A stretch of 64,000 nucleotides of DNA from Oculina patagonica (lineage: Eukaryota): positions 1,736,001-1,800,000 of the forward strand of contig NC_135765.1 in NCBI RefSeq assembly GCF_052425735.1, read 5' to 3'. Made by a program: the position numbers and the translations under genes. This document shows positions 15,478 through 29,100 of this stretch, in pieces (position 1 is the first letter of the stretch; each line of letters starts with the position of its first letter). The notes under the pieces are model-generated. The model saw only the letters and a list, made by a program, of their open reading frames with translations, was not told where the DNA came from and made no database searches.

Positions 15478-15700
15478 TCCGTAAGCAATGTGATGTAGTA
15501 TGTCTCGTAACAAATGTAACTTATTGTACATTAGGCATGTGAGTAATGTATGTAGTGTAAGTAGTGTGAAAAATATAAGAAATTCTAAAGCAGTAAAAAA
15601 TAAAAATATAAATAATTTTATGTTAAATTATGTAAGAAAACTAAATATTTTTTCTATAAAATAAAAAAAAAATAAATTAAAAAAAAAAAAAAAAAAAAAA
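15478..15700 (+). mobile_element. 5'-truncated poly(A)-tailed retroposed insertion (likely a LINE 3' UTR) with a 12-bp TSD
   Basis: ATAATGATCGAA occurs at 15466-15477 and 15701-15712, flanking an AT-rich segment that ends in AATAAA-like motifs and a run of more than 20 A. Confidence 0.8.
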
Positions 15701-16357
15701 ATAATGATCGAACTCTCGATTTCGCAAACCAATTTTCATCCTTCCCTAAGATGTTCGAGAAATCGGCATAATTTGAAACTACCTTGTGATACTGGATTTT
15801 GTTGATCGGATTTCAAACTTGGCAGGATTTACGGACAATTTGTTGTTTGTATAAAATTGGACACCTGAGACTAACTTTCCTCCTTTTTCCGACTTCCACC
15901 CCCGCGCGAGGACAACACCTTGAATAGTGAGCATTAGTAATCATCCTTCCTTATCGCCCAGCAGTCGCGAACAATTAACAAAGTCTTCAAGCTGTGTTTA
16001 TAACGGTTATCAGTGAGCAATCCGTACTTTGCGCCCGGAAGTCTTCAGAGATCGCAATCTTTGATTGAAAAAAATACAACGCGCCAATTTACCTTATTCT
16101 CACGTGCCCATGAGGGACAATATCATTCAGAAATGCTGGAGAGATTAAACCGTAGCTATAATCCGTAAAACAAACTTCGAACATTCGGAAACAACAGTTG
16201 AGCTACTAAGCTTGATTCTGTTTTCTTTTCTTTAAAACTACACGAAAATAATCACTTTCACATAGAAATGAAAGTGAAACTGCAAGGCTGAACAAACTGC
16301 GTAGAAAACTTAATGCGGCAGAGACAGATAGAGACCAATCCGAGAGTCAAAAATGAA

Positions 16358-16400
16358 CTGTAGACAGCTGTCGGACTCTTTAGTCCTCGTCAGTACAGCA
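16358..16400 (-). ncRNA. Degenerate minimal type I hammerhead ribozyme (Penelope-like element type)
   Basis: Minus strand reads TGCTGTA-CTGACGA-GGACT(AAAG)AGTCC-GA-CAGCTG-TC-TACAG: stem I, CUGANGA core, stem II, palindromic stem III and a GUC cleavage triplet. The GAAA core is shortened by 2 nt. Confidence 0.6.
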
Positions 16401-16797
16401 TAATGCCACATAGAAGAGAATGTGCACTTTACATAGAAAGAGGACGGACACTCCTCCCTTTCCATAGTTCTGTATTGTCACCGTGAAAATAGCATTGATA
16501 GAGACAGGGGTATCATAGACATCATAAAATACAGACAGGTCAGATCAGACAGAACTCCGGTAAAACCACAAATTAAAGTGTTTCAACTGCTTTCGCAGAG
16601 GAACTGCATGTGCCGACGCTTTGTACTGGCTTTTCATGATCAAAAAACGCAATCACAGGCACTCGTTGTATAGCAAAGAGAAGAGAAGTAACAAAAAAGA
16701 GTGACGAATGAGGAGATTCGAGTCGAGTAGACATTCGAGCGAAGTAGCGAGATGGAGTAGCATTTTCCCAGTTGGTACGAAGTGTCGCCCACACAGA

Positions 16798-16948
16798 AAG
16801 CAACCGCAAGAAAAGGGGGAACAACCGAAGAAAAGGAGGGAACAACCGCAAGCAACCAGGGGAGCAACCGCAAGCAACCGAACCGAATTTTACCGAACCG
16901 AAAACGAAATCGAACCAACTCGAAATCCTAACTCGAACTCGAACTCAG
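16798..16948. repeat. Short degenerate repeats (CAACCG(C/A)AG, AACCGAA, AACTCG), probably subterminal repeats of a DNA transposon
   Basis: Clustered reiterated motifs seen directly; they account for several overlapping spurious ORFs. Confidence 0.55.
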
Positions 16949-19900
16949 AAATGGACAGACCCAACAAAAAATATGCTGTATCGTGATTTTGACTGAGTGG
17001 ATAGCTCTTTGACTGTATAATAAAATTTGCAGTCTTTGTTTCATCGCACGTGTGTCTCTTGTGTCATAGGCATAACTTTAGTCTGCTCCGGAATATACAT
17101 CATTTTTAAAATAAGTGAAATAAAAGGAAGTTTCAAGGATGACCGCGTAGCCTCAAGTTTATTACAATGAAATTACTTTAAAGATGGCGCCTCTTTAAAA
17201 AAAATCAACTATTTCTTCAAGTTTGTCTTTCGTAATCCGTTTCAATCTTTTCCGATATGGGTCATCCGTGTTTCTTTTGGGTTGGCCTTTGCTGGTTTCC
17301 TTCCTTTATTAAGGCAGAAGCACACCTGAAGGCCGTTTCTCCGCCTCTTAATATCGACTTAACGGAAATATCTCGTTCGCGTTTAAAAAAATCCAAAAAC
17401 TCTTACGGTTTTACATGAAACTATGTTTTGGGATGTTTATGTAAATTTTGGGTGATCAGTTTGGGCATGTTTGGAAGGATATAGTTTTTCTTAAAGGATA
17501 AGCTAAATTTAAAGAAAAATTGAAGATTTAATGTATTTTAAAATTAAAATTTGAAGTAAAAAATTAGTCGATGGGCACCAAAACAGCCCCCTGACAACCA
17601 AGGGTGCTCTTTCGTGGAGGTCAACTGTCTGGTGGTGTGCCAAAAATAATTCTGTTTCTTCTGTCCCTTCTTTAAACCTCTTAAAATTTCATTCAAATTC
17701 ATGTGTACCATTTGTCAGGTCATTTGTGTCGCGCGAGGTTCCCACGATCCTCGCCGCATGGATGATCACCTGGGCGCCATGATAAACTGGACACAAATCG
17801 CCCCTGCTGTTTCTCTTTGTTGATACATTCAATTCGTCTCTGTTACGTTCTGTTAAACAACTCCGAAAACTTTGAAAAGCAATCACTCGACACGGTCTGA
17901 AAGGTCTGATAATTTATACCGTGCAAATAATTTCATTATCCAGTTGTTGAAGTGTTATTTCAACCCATTACTGATAGCTCTTGTAAAATATAATACTGTA
18001 TCGATTCCTTAACTTGGTGAACATTACAGATTTAAGATCAGTCATGAGACTACTTGAAGGACGTCCGCTACAACATGATATCAGTGTAACGGAGCATTTG
18101 TGGAATCTTTGAATCCCTTTTAATGCGAGCATTTACATATGTGGGCCTGAGATAGCAAAATCAAATCGGATTTTAAAATCCCCAATTCATACTGATAACA
18201 TTTCGCTCACGAAATAAACTTTCCCACCCATGGACTTCGTTCCATTGAGTAGGCAAGGAACTGTGTAATGGGATCGAGAGTTGGTGAGCGCTAACAACTT
18301 TGCACACGGACCCTAGCAACTGTATATTTAACTTCCCAGAAAAGACAAATTCAGACTGATATTGTTCACGTCTTACCTGACGTCAAGTCTTTTGTTTACC
18401 TTCAGCTGCTATCAGTGTTATGTACATTTCACTGTGGCATTTCTGCACGTTTGATTCAAAGCACTTAATCACAGCGCCAAGTTAATCTGTTGCCCAAACC
18501 ACTTCGGAAGCACTGCTTTCCACGCGAGTGTCTACTGTAATAAAGCTGGGACGTCGCATAGATCTGCCCCCTGGCACGTTTGACCCAAGTAAACTTTGTT
18601 CCATTCCAAAACAAAAGATCTCTCTCTCTCTCTCTAGCGATTTGAGCCTATTACGTCAATTATGGGTCCAAGTCACGCTATAATAACTCGTGCTATTAAT
18701 CTTTGCTTATTTAAAACTCCAAATTTGAAACTGATCGAAACTGAAATGAAGTATTCTTTCGATAATAAAATCGTAATTTTCTAGCGAGGGATATTTCCGA
18801 AGTTTTAAAAATCACGTTATCATTCAAATATTGACCACAGCTAGTCGATTTCCGCCGGCCAGGCAAGAATCACGTTTTGTGTTATTATTGCAATCGATCC
18901 GTCTTACTAAACTTTCCAACATTTTTGTAATGTGCGCCGATTTACCATCGTTTCAACTCACAATTTTTAAGGTTCCAGTCGATTTGTAAACACTAGCTTG
19001 CATGTGCGAGAATCACTTTAAAAAAGTAGCTAAACTTTGAGCCCACCCATAAGGCAATAGAGTCCTATAGCTAGCTTTATAAAAAGAACATGTACGTACC
19101 TCCTCAAGAGAACAGTTCACATGAGTGTAGACGTACGGCTTTGAAATGTCGTAGCAGACAACGAAGAATATGTTTTCTTTTATCTGTGATTATTCAGACG
19201 TTTTGAAATTGATTTGTGGCCCACTATCAGTTTTATGTTGATCGTTAGTGTTGCTCAAACAATATTTACTCAACGTGTTTGTCATCACGTGTTAAATGCA
19301 ATCCGCGCAAACTGATCACCTGTGAACCACCTGAAATTTAAAAATTTTAAGTGGGTCGGGTGGCTGGGGCTACGTTTGGTTCACAAACAAGGTTACTGAC
19401 GGGAGTGGGGCTGAGCGAGCTGACAACGTCAGTTCAGACGGGTGTATAGCGAGTGGGTAGGAGAAATTAAACTCAAAAGAGAAAAAGATCGCTAAGTGGA
19501 TCAGTCTCGTTAGAAAGTTATGTGTATGAAATGTTTATATTATTTTAAAAATGTTATTTCCTGATTATGTTTTATATCCAGTGTTTAGGAAGTAGTGGGC
19601 GTGATAGCATGTTAAGCCTGCCCCCCGTGGAGGAATTTTCTCGCCGGAATCAGTTTGGAGAATCATTTGACTGGAGGCAATAAAATTTTATTAAAAATAT
19701 CAGTAAGTTGAGAATTGTTTACGAGAGACCAAGTGGCATCGGCAAGACTTTTTTAACAGAAGTGAATAGGATTATTTGCTACTCTCCGAAAACATCCAAC
19801 GTGATTTTCAACTGTACCTTTCTTCAATAACTACGTTGACGAATATAGAGGTCATCTTTGAGTAGAATGTCCCCTGCTTTCTTCTGTATAGTCTCTTATT

Positions 19901-20265
19901 ATGTAGATGCATGCCTAAGAGTTCAGAATTGGTAGCCACCACTTGTTTGTCTGTAGATAAACCCAAGATAACGGAGAGATTTCTGAGCTGGACGGTCCGA
20001 CTAGTTTGGCCACGAGGGTGGCTACGGTGTTATCTTTAATTTTGTTTTGTTCATGATGTGAACCAAAAATAGGGTAAGAAGCAATCTTTCTTTCCGATTG
20101 AACTAAACAAACAAACGGATCTTTTTTTATTATTTATTTTCCTTTACAAAGATTTTATACGTCAGTACATCATGTTTTGTAAGTTGTAGGAAAATTTACA
20201 GTTTGACGACAAGTGACAAATAAGGGCAAAAACGGCACCAAGCGACAAACCAATGAGAAATACCG

Positions 20266-20652
20266 GATCTTTTCCAGTAGACTTCTATCAGTAAAAATCT
20301 TGAGATACTAAGTCAAAAACGGCAAACTTGTCCTCGCGGCAACTGGGGAGAAGAGATCAGGTTGAGACAGCAAAAAAATATTAACATATTTGGCCGAATT
20401 CGGCGAGAACGTTACTTGGGGGGGGGGGGGGGCGAAAGAACATCAAGTAATAGTCAAATACGGCGATCGATCTTTCCAGACTTCACAGTAATCTTGAGAT
20501 GCTAAGTCAAAAACGGCAAACTGATCCCGCAGCAACTGGGGAGAAGAGATCAGGTTGAGACAGAAAAAAATATATTGAATATATTTGGGCGATATTTCGG
20601 CTTGTAGAACAAAACTTTTACTTGGGGGGAGGGGGGAGAACAAATCAAGTAA
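20266..20652. repeat. Diverged direct duplication of a ~185-bp unit
   Basis: GATCTTT..CCAG..ATCTTGAGAT(A/G)CTAAGTCAAAAACGGCAAACT..GCAACTGGGGAGAAGAGATCAGGTTGAGACAG..poly-G..ATCAAGTAA at about 20266-20451 and 20469-20652. Confidence 0.85.
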
Positions 20653-22151
20653 ATTTCATGTCATATATTACGCGAACATTTTCGAAACATTGTTAAATGA
20701 AATTTAACTGAGCTTACATCTTACAAGCCTGGCAATGAATTTTCGTGAATCGCATAAATAAGTTAAAATAACTGTAATCCTATTTTATCTTTGGCAGTAA
20801 TCCTGTTTGCTCGGCACGCGCGTGAATTCTAGAAAGCTATTTCAAAGTCAAGTTCAAGATAACACAATATTTTCCTTGTGAGTAGTTTATCTGACATTTT
20901 TTTCACGTGTGAACCTGTTTTTTTGCTTTTTTTTTCTGGTTTGTTTGGGGTTTTTTCAGAATACACAGACTAAACAAATGAGGTTATAAAATGTCGCGCA
21001 AATGCCTCGCTTTGAAGCAGAAATGCCTCGCTTCAGTGAGCAATTATGGTGCGTGTTTTTAAAAGTGGAAGATCACTAAGTAAGAAATCGTGACCAAGCA
21101 ACCTTTTTCACGAGGTTTATTGGATCCTGACTAAATGCAATAATTAATCTTGTTACTATACAATCATCGCTATAATAGATATACGTAAGAGTTAGTGTTT
21201 GAACTGGTGAACGGAAGAAACACGCAACAGATTGTGGACTATTTAGGGTCGAGAAGTCACTCATGCACTCATTCCGTTGTTGGTAAACATTTTTTAACAG
21301 CTATATCACGATAAAAATACATGTACATCGAACAAAACAAACGTAACCATATATACTACAGCCTGTTTTAAATATTTTACATGGTATCATACGCATATGC
21401 GCTAACACTGCTCTAGACCACAAATATATATATAAAAAAATAACTGCAATTTTCATTACCGATGACATATTAATAAAATGAATTTCAAAACTTATTAAAT
21501 TTATGATACATGGGCACTTAAATTTCGAAATAATATTTAAAAACAATAATAACTCAGATTAAGGTTAATCAGATATAAATTGTTCGTAAAAAATAAATTA
21601 TTTTAACCTTTCTTGTATTTTAGTAGTAGTCATTTCCTGTATCCCGTTACATTAATAACATAGCTTCGTATTACTCCGTATTTTTTCCAAAAAATTCCCC
21701 CACCCTTGAATTTAAAGTAATAGTATATTTCGTTTGCCGTACTCCATATTGTTTCATTTTACAAACTTAAAATAAAGTATGGAAAATTTAAATAAGAACG
21801 AACAGAATAATGTTAAGATATTATCCCTTTCAACGTAATACCATTTTCTGCATTTTGGCGTCACAAGCTGCAGAAACAGGTCCACATGTAACTTTCCTAC
21901 TATCTCCTCCCTTCACTGCAAGTTGTCTCGCAACTAGCAACGAAAAATTGCATCATTAGTTGCAAGGAGCAAAATAATCGTCCACGTTGCCAGGTCAAAT
22001 GAATCTTGTAACAAGAAAAATCGCCTCGTGCCACCACGTCTGTTTTACATAACATACCTCATTACATATCAAATGAAACTTTGTACATGTTGGCAAAGTG
22101 CGTAATAGTAAAGGCATGATATACTGGTATAAGTCCGTTAAACAAGTCAGG

Positions 22152-23366
22152 TTATTTTCCATTGGCTGTTAAATTACGTAGAGGAACGGTTTCATGTATA
22201 TTGGTAGTTGACAGATGGCGCCGAGGCAAAATGGGGGTAGTCATGGGCGTGGCCCGTGAATGCGGGATCCCCAAGTACGCATCAGGACGATTGCTTTTCA
22301 CACAACAAAGAATGCGGCCAAACTCCCGACGGAAATTTTCCGAAAAGATCACATACAAGCAAGGATTAATGGCGCTGTTCAGGACACCGATCCACGGGAG
22401 AAAAACCTCAAGTTCTACAGGAAAGAGCGAGATTGTCTCAGGGAAATATATCAACATCAATTCCCGCGCTTGTAGTGGAAGCCAACACAGTGCAAACACG
22501 ACCACCACTGTCACGAGCATTGTAATGGCTTTTTTCGTCGTTTCATGGGCTTTCTTTTGATATTCCAATGTTTGATGACCCGGTAGTTCCCGCTTCCAAA
22601 GTTTCACGGCAATGAGAATGTATGCAATAGTAATTATAACGAGAGGAACGATATAAGAACAAATTATAAAGGATATTGTGTAGTCACTTCTTGTTCTAGG
22701 TGTTGGCCAACCCATTTCGAGGCATTGATACGTCCCATCGGCTTTACGGTGGTTCGACGTCGCCAAGAATAACGGCATGGCGAAAGCTATCGAATAAAGC
22801 CAACTCGCCACCAACGACGCCTTCAAAACTTTGTTTGTGAAAATTCGTCGCAGAGGAAACCAAATGACGATGCATCGATCAAGACTGATGAATACAAGGC
22901 TTATAACAGAGCAAGAGATAGAGAGGACTTGTAGAGAATGAAGGAACTTGCACAGAAATGTTCCCATAAAAGTTCCAAACCATCGAAACATTATGTAGAG
23001 AAATTTGAGCATGTACGGGAATAAACAGGCCATCAGAATGTCAGCTACCGCCATGTTGGCGATGAGTATATTGGTTGAATTTCTCATGTAGTCTCGCGCG
23101 CTCACAATGTATATCACCAGAGAGTTTCCTATCACGGCAATGATGAAAACTATGACAGCATAAACTGTGGTTCCCGCCACAAAAGCCGGACTCAAGGAAA
23201 AGCCAGCTACCATTCCTCCGTCGGACGTATTTGAAGCCAGCTCCTCTCCTGAAGAGAAAAAGAAAATCAACAAAGTAAAGTCAAGTCAACACGAAATTTA
23301 AGAAAATATTGTGTTTCATCAAGATAACGCAAGAAAGTTTTTTAATTACGATGATGATGATAATGA

Positions 23367-23417
<51 letters not shown>

Positions 23418-23938
23418 TGATGATGATGATGATGATGATGATGACAAGAATTATTTGATAATGATCGTGATCATAAAGGAAATATGTCACAGTGTTTGAA
23501 GTCATTCTTTTTGGTAGTAGAAAACTCGGAAACCTCAAAATATTAGTTTTCTTAGGTAGTAAGACGCTAAAGAAGTAATGATAAACCAAAAATAAACAAG
23601 AATGGATACGACGGAGGAAGTTCGGCAGGACGAACACCTTATTGGCCCAGGCGCGTGACAGTTCCGACCCGTGACACACGAGGAAGGTAAGGGAAGAGCG
23701 TGGGGAGGAGGGCGCGACGAACCGCGTCGGAGCTTAAATGTTGATGTAGAAAATTTTATGAAAATCGTTACGAAAGTCAACTCACAATAAATTTTTGATC
23801 TTTTCTTGAAGTTCAAAGCAAGGCAAGGAATAAAGAGAGAGGATGATGATGATAAATAATCGAAATAAAAGAAATAACAGCTTATAATTTACCTGTATTC
23901 AAAGTAGTGGTATTGACGATTATGTCTTCTATGGCCAT
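22152..23938 (-). CDS. Class A (rhodopsin-family) GPCR, neuropeptide-receptor-like, ~380 aa; coding exons 23938-23893 and 23248-22152
   Basis: Seven hydrophobic segments with GN (TM1), NMAVAD (TM2), SLDRC (DRY variant), CWLP (TM6), NSAINPCLY (NPxxY), helix 8 FSENFR and a CC motif. The upstream exon MAIEDIIVNTTTLNT-G joins in phase 1 via G|GTAAAT...TTTCTCTTCAG|GA. The N-terminus carries sequons NTT and NTS. Confidence 0.93.
23350..23445. repeat. (GAT)n/(GAC)n compound trinucleotide microsatellite in the GPCR intron
   Basis: Seen directly; explains the poly-Asp and poly-Val/Ile ORFs. Confidence 0.95.
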
Positions 23939-24469
23939 TGTGCCTCAATGAATTCCACTAAGCAACTACGAATATGACAAAAAATACAGAGGGTAGGTGA
24001 GCTTTCTAAGGTCTTGGTTTATAAAAATGTTCCAGTAGCTTGACCCAGCATCGTCCAACTTTCATCCCACATGTCCTTACATGATGGCCTAACCTGTGAC
24101 CAAGCTCTGGTAGGGGTATCTTTCCCTCCACTCTCCACCCTTCTCGTAGACTAGGTGGACAACGATTATTACCATTTTTAGAGGGTCTGGATGGGTGTGC
24201 TGGAGTCTCAGTTATAAGTTTAAATTTCCGCCCTATTCTCAGCTATCAGAAAATTTTGCCGATCTCGGATCAAAAGCGTCATTTCTCAGCTGACAGTTCA
24301 AATTTTGACCAAACCCCGTTCTCAGGGTCTCTCAGCCCTGGGGGGGGGGGGGGGGGGGGGGGGGGAGGGTTAAGCCCCATGCAGACCCGCTTTTCACCCA
24401 ACAATGCTGGATAACGAACAATAACATTGGATCACAGCATTGCGATCATTTGACCAGGGCTGAACTAAA

Positions 24470-24884
24470 CCCGGGGGGTACTCCCAAAAATTTACTACCG
24501 GAGTGTGCCGCTGAGTCTCTGAGTCTCTGGACCTGCTTCAGAGAAAAAAAGCTGAATTTGCGACCCTGTTCCAGACAAGCATTGCAAAATAGCTACCCTG
24601 TTGCAGACAATATCCACAATGGAAATATATGTAGATAGATATAAAAACACAAGCATACATCACAAAGCGCCCACTTGACTTCGTCTGTGGCTCGGAGATA
24701 AAGTGATGAGAGGAGCGCAGTTTCATAGCTAAACTCGATCGTGTTTAATCAGGATTCTGGGAAGAAAAATCGACCCTGTTCCAGAGTCAAAAGGGTGATT
24801 TTTATACCCTGTTCCAGAGTCAAATAGGCTACTCTGTTGAGCGGCACATACCCGTATAGCCCTTATATGGGAGTACCCACCCAG
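24470..24884. mobile_element. MITE with CCGGGGGGTACTCCCA-type terminal inverted repeats
   Basis: CCCGGGGGGTACTCCCA at the left, TGGGAGTACCCACCC at the right, and internal ACCCTGTTCCAGA repeats. A related GAGTACCCCCCCGGG end lies near 26488-26503. Confidence 0.6.
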
Positions 24885-26116
24885 GTTTGCTCAAGTCATA
24901 GTTCGCAGGCGTTCATTTCCTTTTCCATTGTACTAACGAGAGAGCAGCACCACCCTCCCCCAGAGCCACTGAGAAAAACTCACATGAGTGAGATGCTACG
25001 ACCACGAAGGAAACATATGTGAGGGGGACGGCGCACAGTCATGCAAATAAAGCTCGTTCGCATGCCGTTATTGTTGGGATGTCACGCAACGGCTGCGAAG
25101 GAGGCTTCTCTTCCCCAGGCGTCTCGCTCTATGCAGAATTTCTTTCGCCCGCCACGAGCGTCTGTTTGACGATTAGGGGCTGAAGATGGCCATACGCTAT
25201 AACTTTTTCTTTTCATTTTTAGGTTTTTTAATATACTTTTTTATAATACACTTCAGACCCCACTACACTCCGAAATTCATTCCGATTGTACATGTACATG
25301 ATCATTTTACTGTCAGGTGATGACATTGTCGGCTCCACGTTTAGAACTGACGTCAGAACCACAACTCAACAGGCGCAAATAAAAGGTTGATTCACATTTA
25401 TACATTTTCACAACAAATGAAAAAAAGTTTTCTCCTGAATTTATGTAATCGTTTCCTTAAAATTTGGTGTTTCTCAGACTCAATAGGGTGGTTGTCGACC
25501 GCGGCGACGTTGCGGGAGCATCTCAAAGCCATCTTTGCTTCGTTCGCCAGCTCGGGGATTCGCCGCTCGCGCGGAACACTGGACAAAGAGGACCGGCCTG
25601 TAGGCTACGTCGTGGCTCTTTTTCGCAGATTCTTTGCATGCTCGCTGCTCCTCACAAAGAAATTAAAAGGACCAAGAAACCCCTAACTTATTGAAAATGC
25701 CGGGTAAGTGCAACAATTTGTAAATTCCTGGTCCGTTATACTGTCCTTACTACCCAGTACCTAGAAAAATCATGTTTTGGTAAAGCCTAATCAATATTGT
25801 TTTCATATCATATTCAGTTGCTCCAAAAAAAGGGACGGGCGAAATTTTCTTCAAGGGTGCTATACAGCGAGAAAATAATCATTCGAAACGGCGTCGACAC
25901 CGAAACATAACTAAACATGCGGACTGTATTAATATTCACCCGGGAATATAGACCATTACAGAAACTTGGTCAACGACAAATGAAAGCGATCCGTCCGATT
26001 TAAGTGACAAGTGTACTGAAAAAATTAAGAAACAAATTGTGCGTTTTATATTGGACTTACCTGAGCGATCCTTTAGATAATGCATGGAAATTTGGGCGCG
26101 ATTTGGCGAGGGTTGT

Positions 26117-26181
26117 TAGCCTGCACACAGAAGTCTCCTATTTCATCTCTTCGCAGTAGGTGACGGGTTGCACGCAGGCTA
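26117..26181. mobile_element. Tiny TAGCCTGC...GCAGGCTA MITE (Academ-like termini)
   Basis: 8-bp inverted termini similar to those of the 55703-56961 element; no clear TSD. Confidence 0.45.
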
Positions 26182-29100
26182 CTGGCTTTATAATTAATTG
26201 CTTTTTAAAAATAGCTTAATCGTCCCTAGTCGTCTCTGATCCCCGGGCTGGCAGGGGGCCGCCGAGGGGTACCCGGCAGGGAGGGGGACGAGGGAAGGGA
26301 TGGAATCTGTCATGGCAAGGGCAAAAGAACAGACGCAAAAGCTGATAAGGCACATAAAAATGACAGAAAACGTCAGACACGCCATGCCAGGAAGAAAGGG
26401 GACCCAGAAAGGAACGAAAGGGGACAACGCAAAAATGGAAAAAAGGGAAGGGGAGAACGGGGCGGAGCCCCCCGTATAAAACTTTTTGAGTACCCCCCCG
26501 GGGCTCTGATCTATATGAGAAAATTGTGTTATGACAGGGATTGTTATAATTGGTCACGGCCATTTGCAAACGACAAAAGAACACAGAACAATATTAAGAT
26601 ATTTTACAAATAGAAAGGTCTCGAACACAAAATGTATGCCTCGATTTTTAATTTTCAGATACAGGTGGTTCAATTTACCTATGTTGGTAGACAATTGTGA
26701 TTTTAGAGATTTTTCTAAAAAGCCAGGTGCCCGTTCCTATTCGACGATTTTTCCTCTAAAAAGTCCTCATTGACTTGAAGCTGATTAGCCTGCGCGGGCG
26801 TCTCGTGTTTTTTCGTTAAAATCGCGTCGGAGAAGGCCGCGCGATTTTTTTCTCCCCCCCCCCCCCCCCCCCTCCCCCTTTCCCCCCTCCCCCCCCGAAA
26901 AACCGCCGCCCGCTTAAAGCTGATCTGCAAGGTATTTCTGCAATCTAGTTCATAGCCTCCTGTACATGTAAAGGCGCGCTCCCAGCAAAATAGCTAAAAT
27001 AAAGGAGATAATAAAACGAAAAACTATCTCGTCCCCAGAATCCGCTTTTCTTTTGGTCACAACCAAGAACGCAGACTCTCCGTTCAGGAGAGCTCTAGAT
27101 CAATCTCCAACCCAGAGCCCGCGTTGCCCTTATCTCTAGGAACGAGATTGTAGCAATCCGCCCAGAGGCCACGTCCCCTTGACCAGCGGCCCGACGGGAC
27201 AAGGGGAACGGGATGGGAACAAGATGAATTGTAGAAACAGGTATGGTATTTATCGGTGCATGCGCAAGCATGGCGGCGCATTCTCGCAAGTTTAAACTGG
27301 TTGGACCAGTTTTTGAGAATTGTCCCTGGCTTTATACGGCGGTTTATCAAAGATTCGAGCGGTTGTGACAGCACCCTATGAGACTTTCTTTGGTTCGTCA
27401 CGCAATCAGTCTTTTCCCCAAAGATAGCGTGACTAGTCGAAGCCTTCGTGATAGTTAGCAATTTGGGGGTGTACGCCGGGTGTACGTTCGATTCCCGGCT
27501 CTCGTTTACAGAACAGAGAAAGCAGAACATTTCTGTCACGCAAGGTTTTTTTGAAGCTGGAATAAAAATTAAAAAAACCCTTAATCACAATTAAAACACT
27601 TTGTAGGTTTGTTTTTCTACCAACTGTTTACAGATGTATTTTCTTTCAGAGTTAAAGGACATCGTATTGGTTATCAGTCCATCCGTCATCAAACATCAAA
27701 TAACATCCACGTGTAAAGCTAACAAATGGTTTTCACTAATCACTTAAATGTCTTAAATATTCATACTGTTTTTAAGTTCAAGTGTTACTGCAATAAACGG
27801 CGGATTTTCCTTGCTAAAGTGTTTTAGGGTGTGTCGTGACTATGAGAGAAACCTTCAAATAAACCACCTATTGAATTGATCGAATGCTAGTTTACACTGA
27901 ATTCCGCAGTTGTTTTGATAATCACAATTGTTGGCCGGCGGTCGATAAACCCTATCGTTTATTGATTTCGTTCCCTGAATCAAAGAAAGAACAACTGAAA
28001 CCATGAAGAGCCCTGATTCGTGTGGTACAATTCCCGCCCCCTTCACCACAATCAAGGTGGCGAACAAACTCCAGTACCAGCGCTTTAGTAGCTAGCGATC
28101 AAGTAAGAAGATTTGATCATTGTGTTGTAGTTTAGATACATTTGGAGAGAATGACTGGTCGCAGGCTACTTAGAAACTGATTATGAGCTGGCGAATTCTG
28201 AGGATATTGGAAAAGCTGGAAAATTTTTAGGACTGGGAGGTGAATGAGAATTAAAAGACGACCAAGCTCAGGTTAGATTGAGAAACGGAAAGAAGAAACA
28301 TTGAAAAGTTTGTCATGCTTCAACTGCGGGGCTTTCAAAGCGCGCACTGCCTATTCTATATAAATATAGACAAAATCTTGGACATCTAAGTTAAATGAAA
28401 GTCTAATGAAAAAGAACTACGCTCTATTCAAAAACTGATTCAGTGGAAACGATTTAAAACAACTTACGTCTTTAAGGTTTGTCGGCCACTGTTGTCGTTG
28501 AGCGCGTCGAAGACCAAATGTGCCAAAGTGCATGCTGTGATTAGGCTAGTAATGTCAGCTGCATGTTTAGCATAAAAATGATCGATACAAAATGGCAGTC
28601 GGTTGACAGTTGGGCGCATACAAAACAAACAAAAACAAACTGAAAGTCTTATGATCTCGGCAACTTCACATGTTGCGTTTTATGTTATCGATGCCAGAAC
28701 TTTATGCAGTTTTCTGTACATCACTGATATCGACACTGATAATTCAAGATTCCAATCTGTAAAACTGGCTGTTCGTCAAAGTTTTTCTCACGCTATCGAC
28801 GATCGACAGGTCCGTATAAAAAACTCTTTTGTTGATTTTCAAATACTTGCTGAAATGACTTATCGTTACTGAATGGCGGTAGGTCAAAAAGACCCAATTA
28901 ACTGAAAGAAAAGAGTACCTTTTCTGTTTTTTCGGTAGAGCTATCACGGAAAGATGACATCTTTTTGGAAGAAAATAAAAACTGCCATGGAAACACAAAA
29001 TATATGGGAGTATTTGCGCAGCTCACGATCGTGTCACGAAACTCAGTTGTTAACTTTCTGTTTTTGTTTCTTGGTGTATTCAAAATAGATTCTATAGAAA

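Noticed and set aside
1-22000. Protein-coding genes in the left third of the window
   Set aside because: Only short ORFs without recognisable motifs or a consistent exon chain; small exons of a long gene cannot be excluded.
23281-23679. Poly-Asp (+) and poly-Val/Ile (-) ORFs, superficially like an acidic biomineralisation protein
   Set aside because: They are translations of a (GAT/GAC)n microsatellite inside the GPCR intron, with no signal peptide or gene structure.
25697-25910. Plus-strand ATG CCG G|GTAAGT mini-exon spliced to MPVAPKKGRAK...
   Set aside because: Stops after about 32 codons with no recognisable domain; probably a decayed TE gene start or chance.
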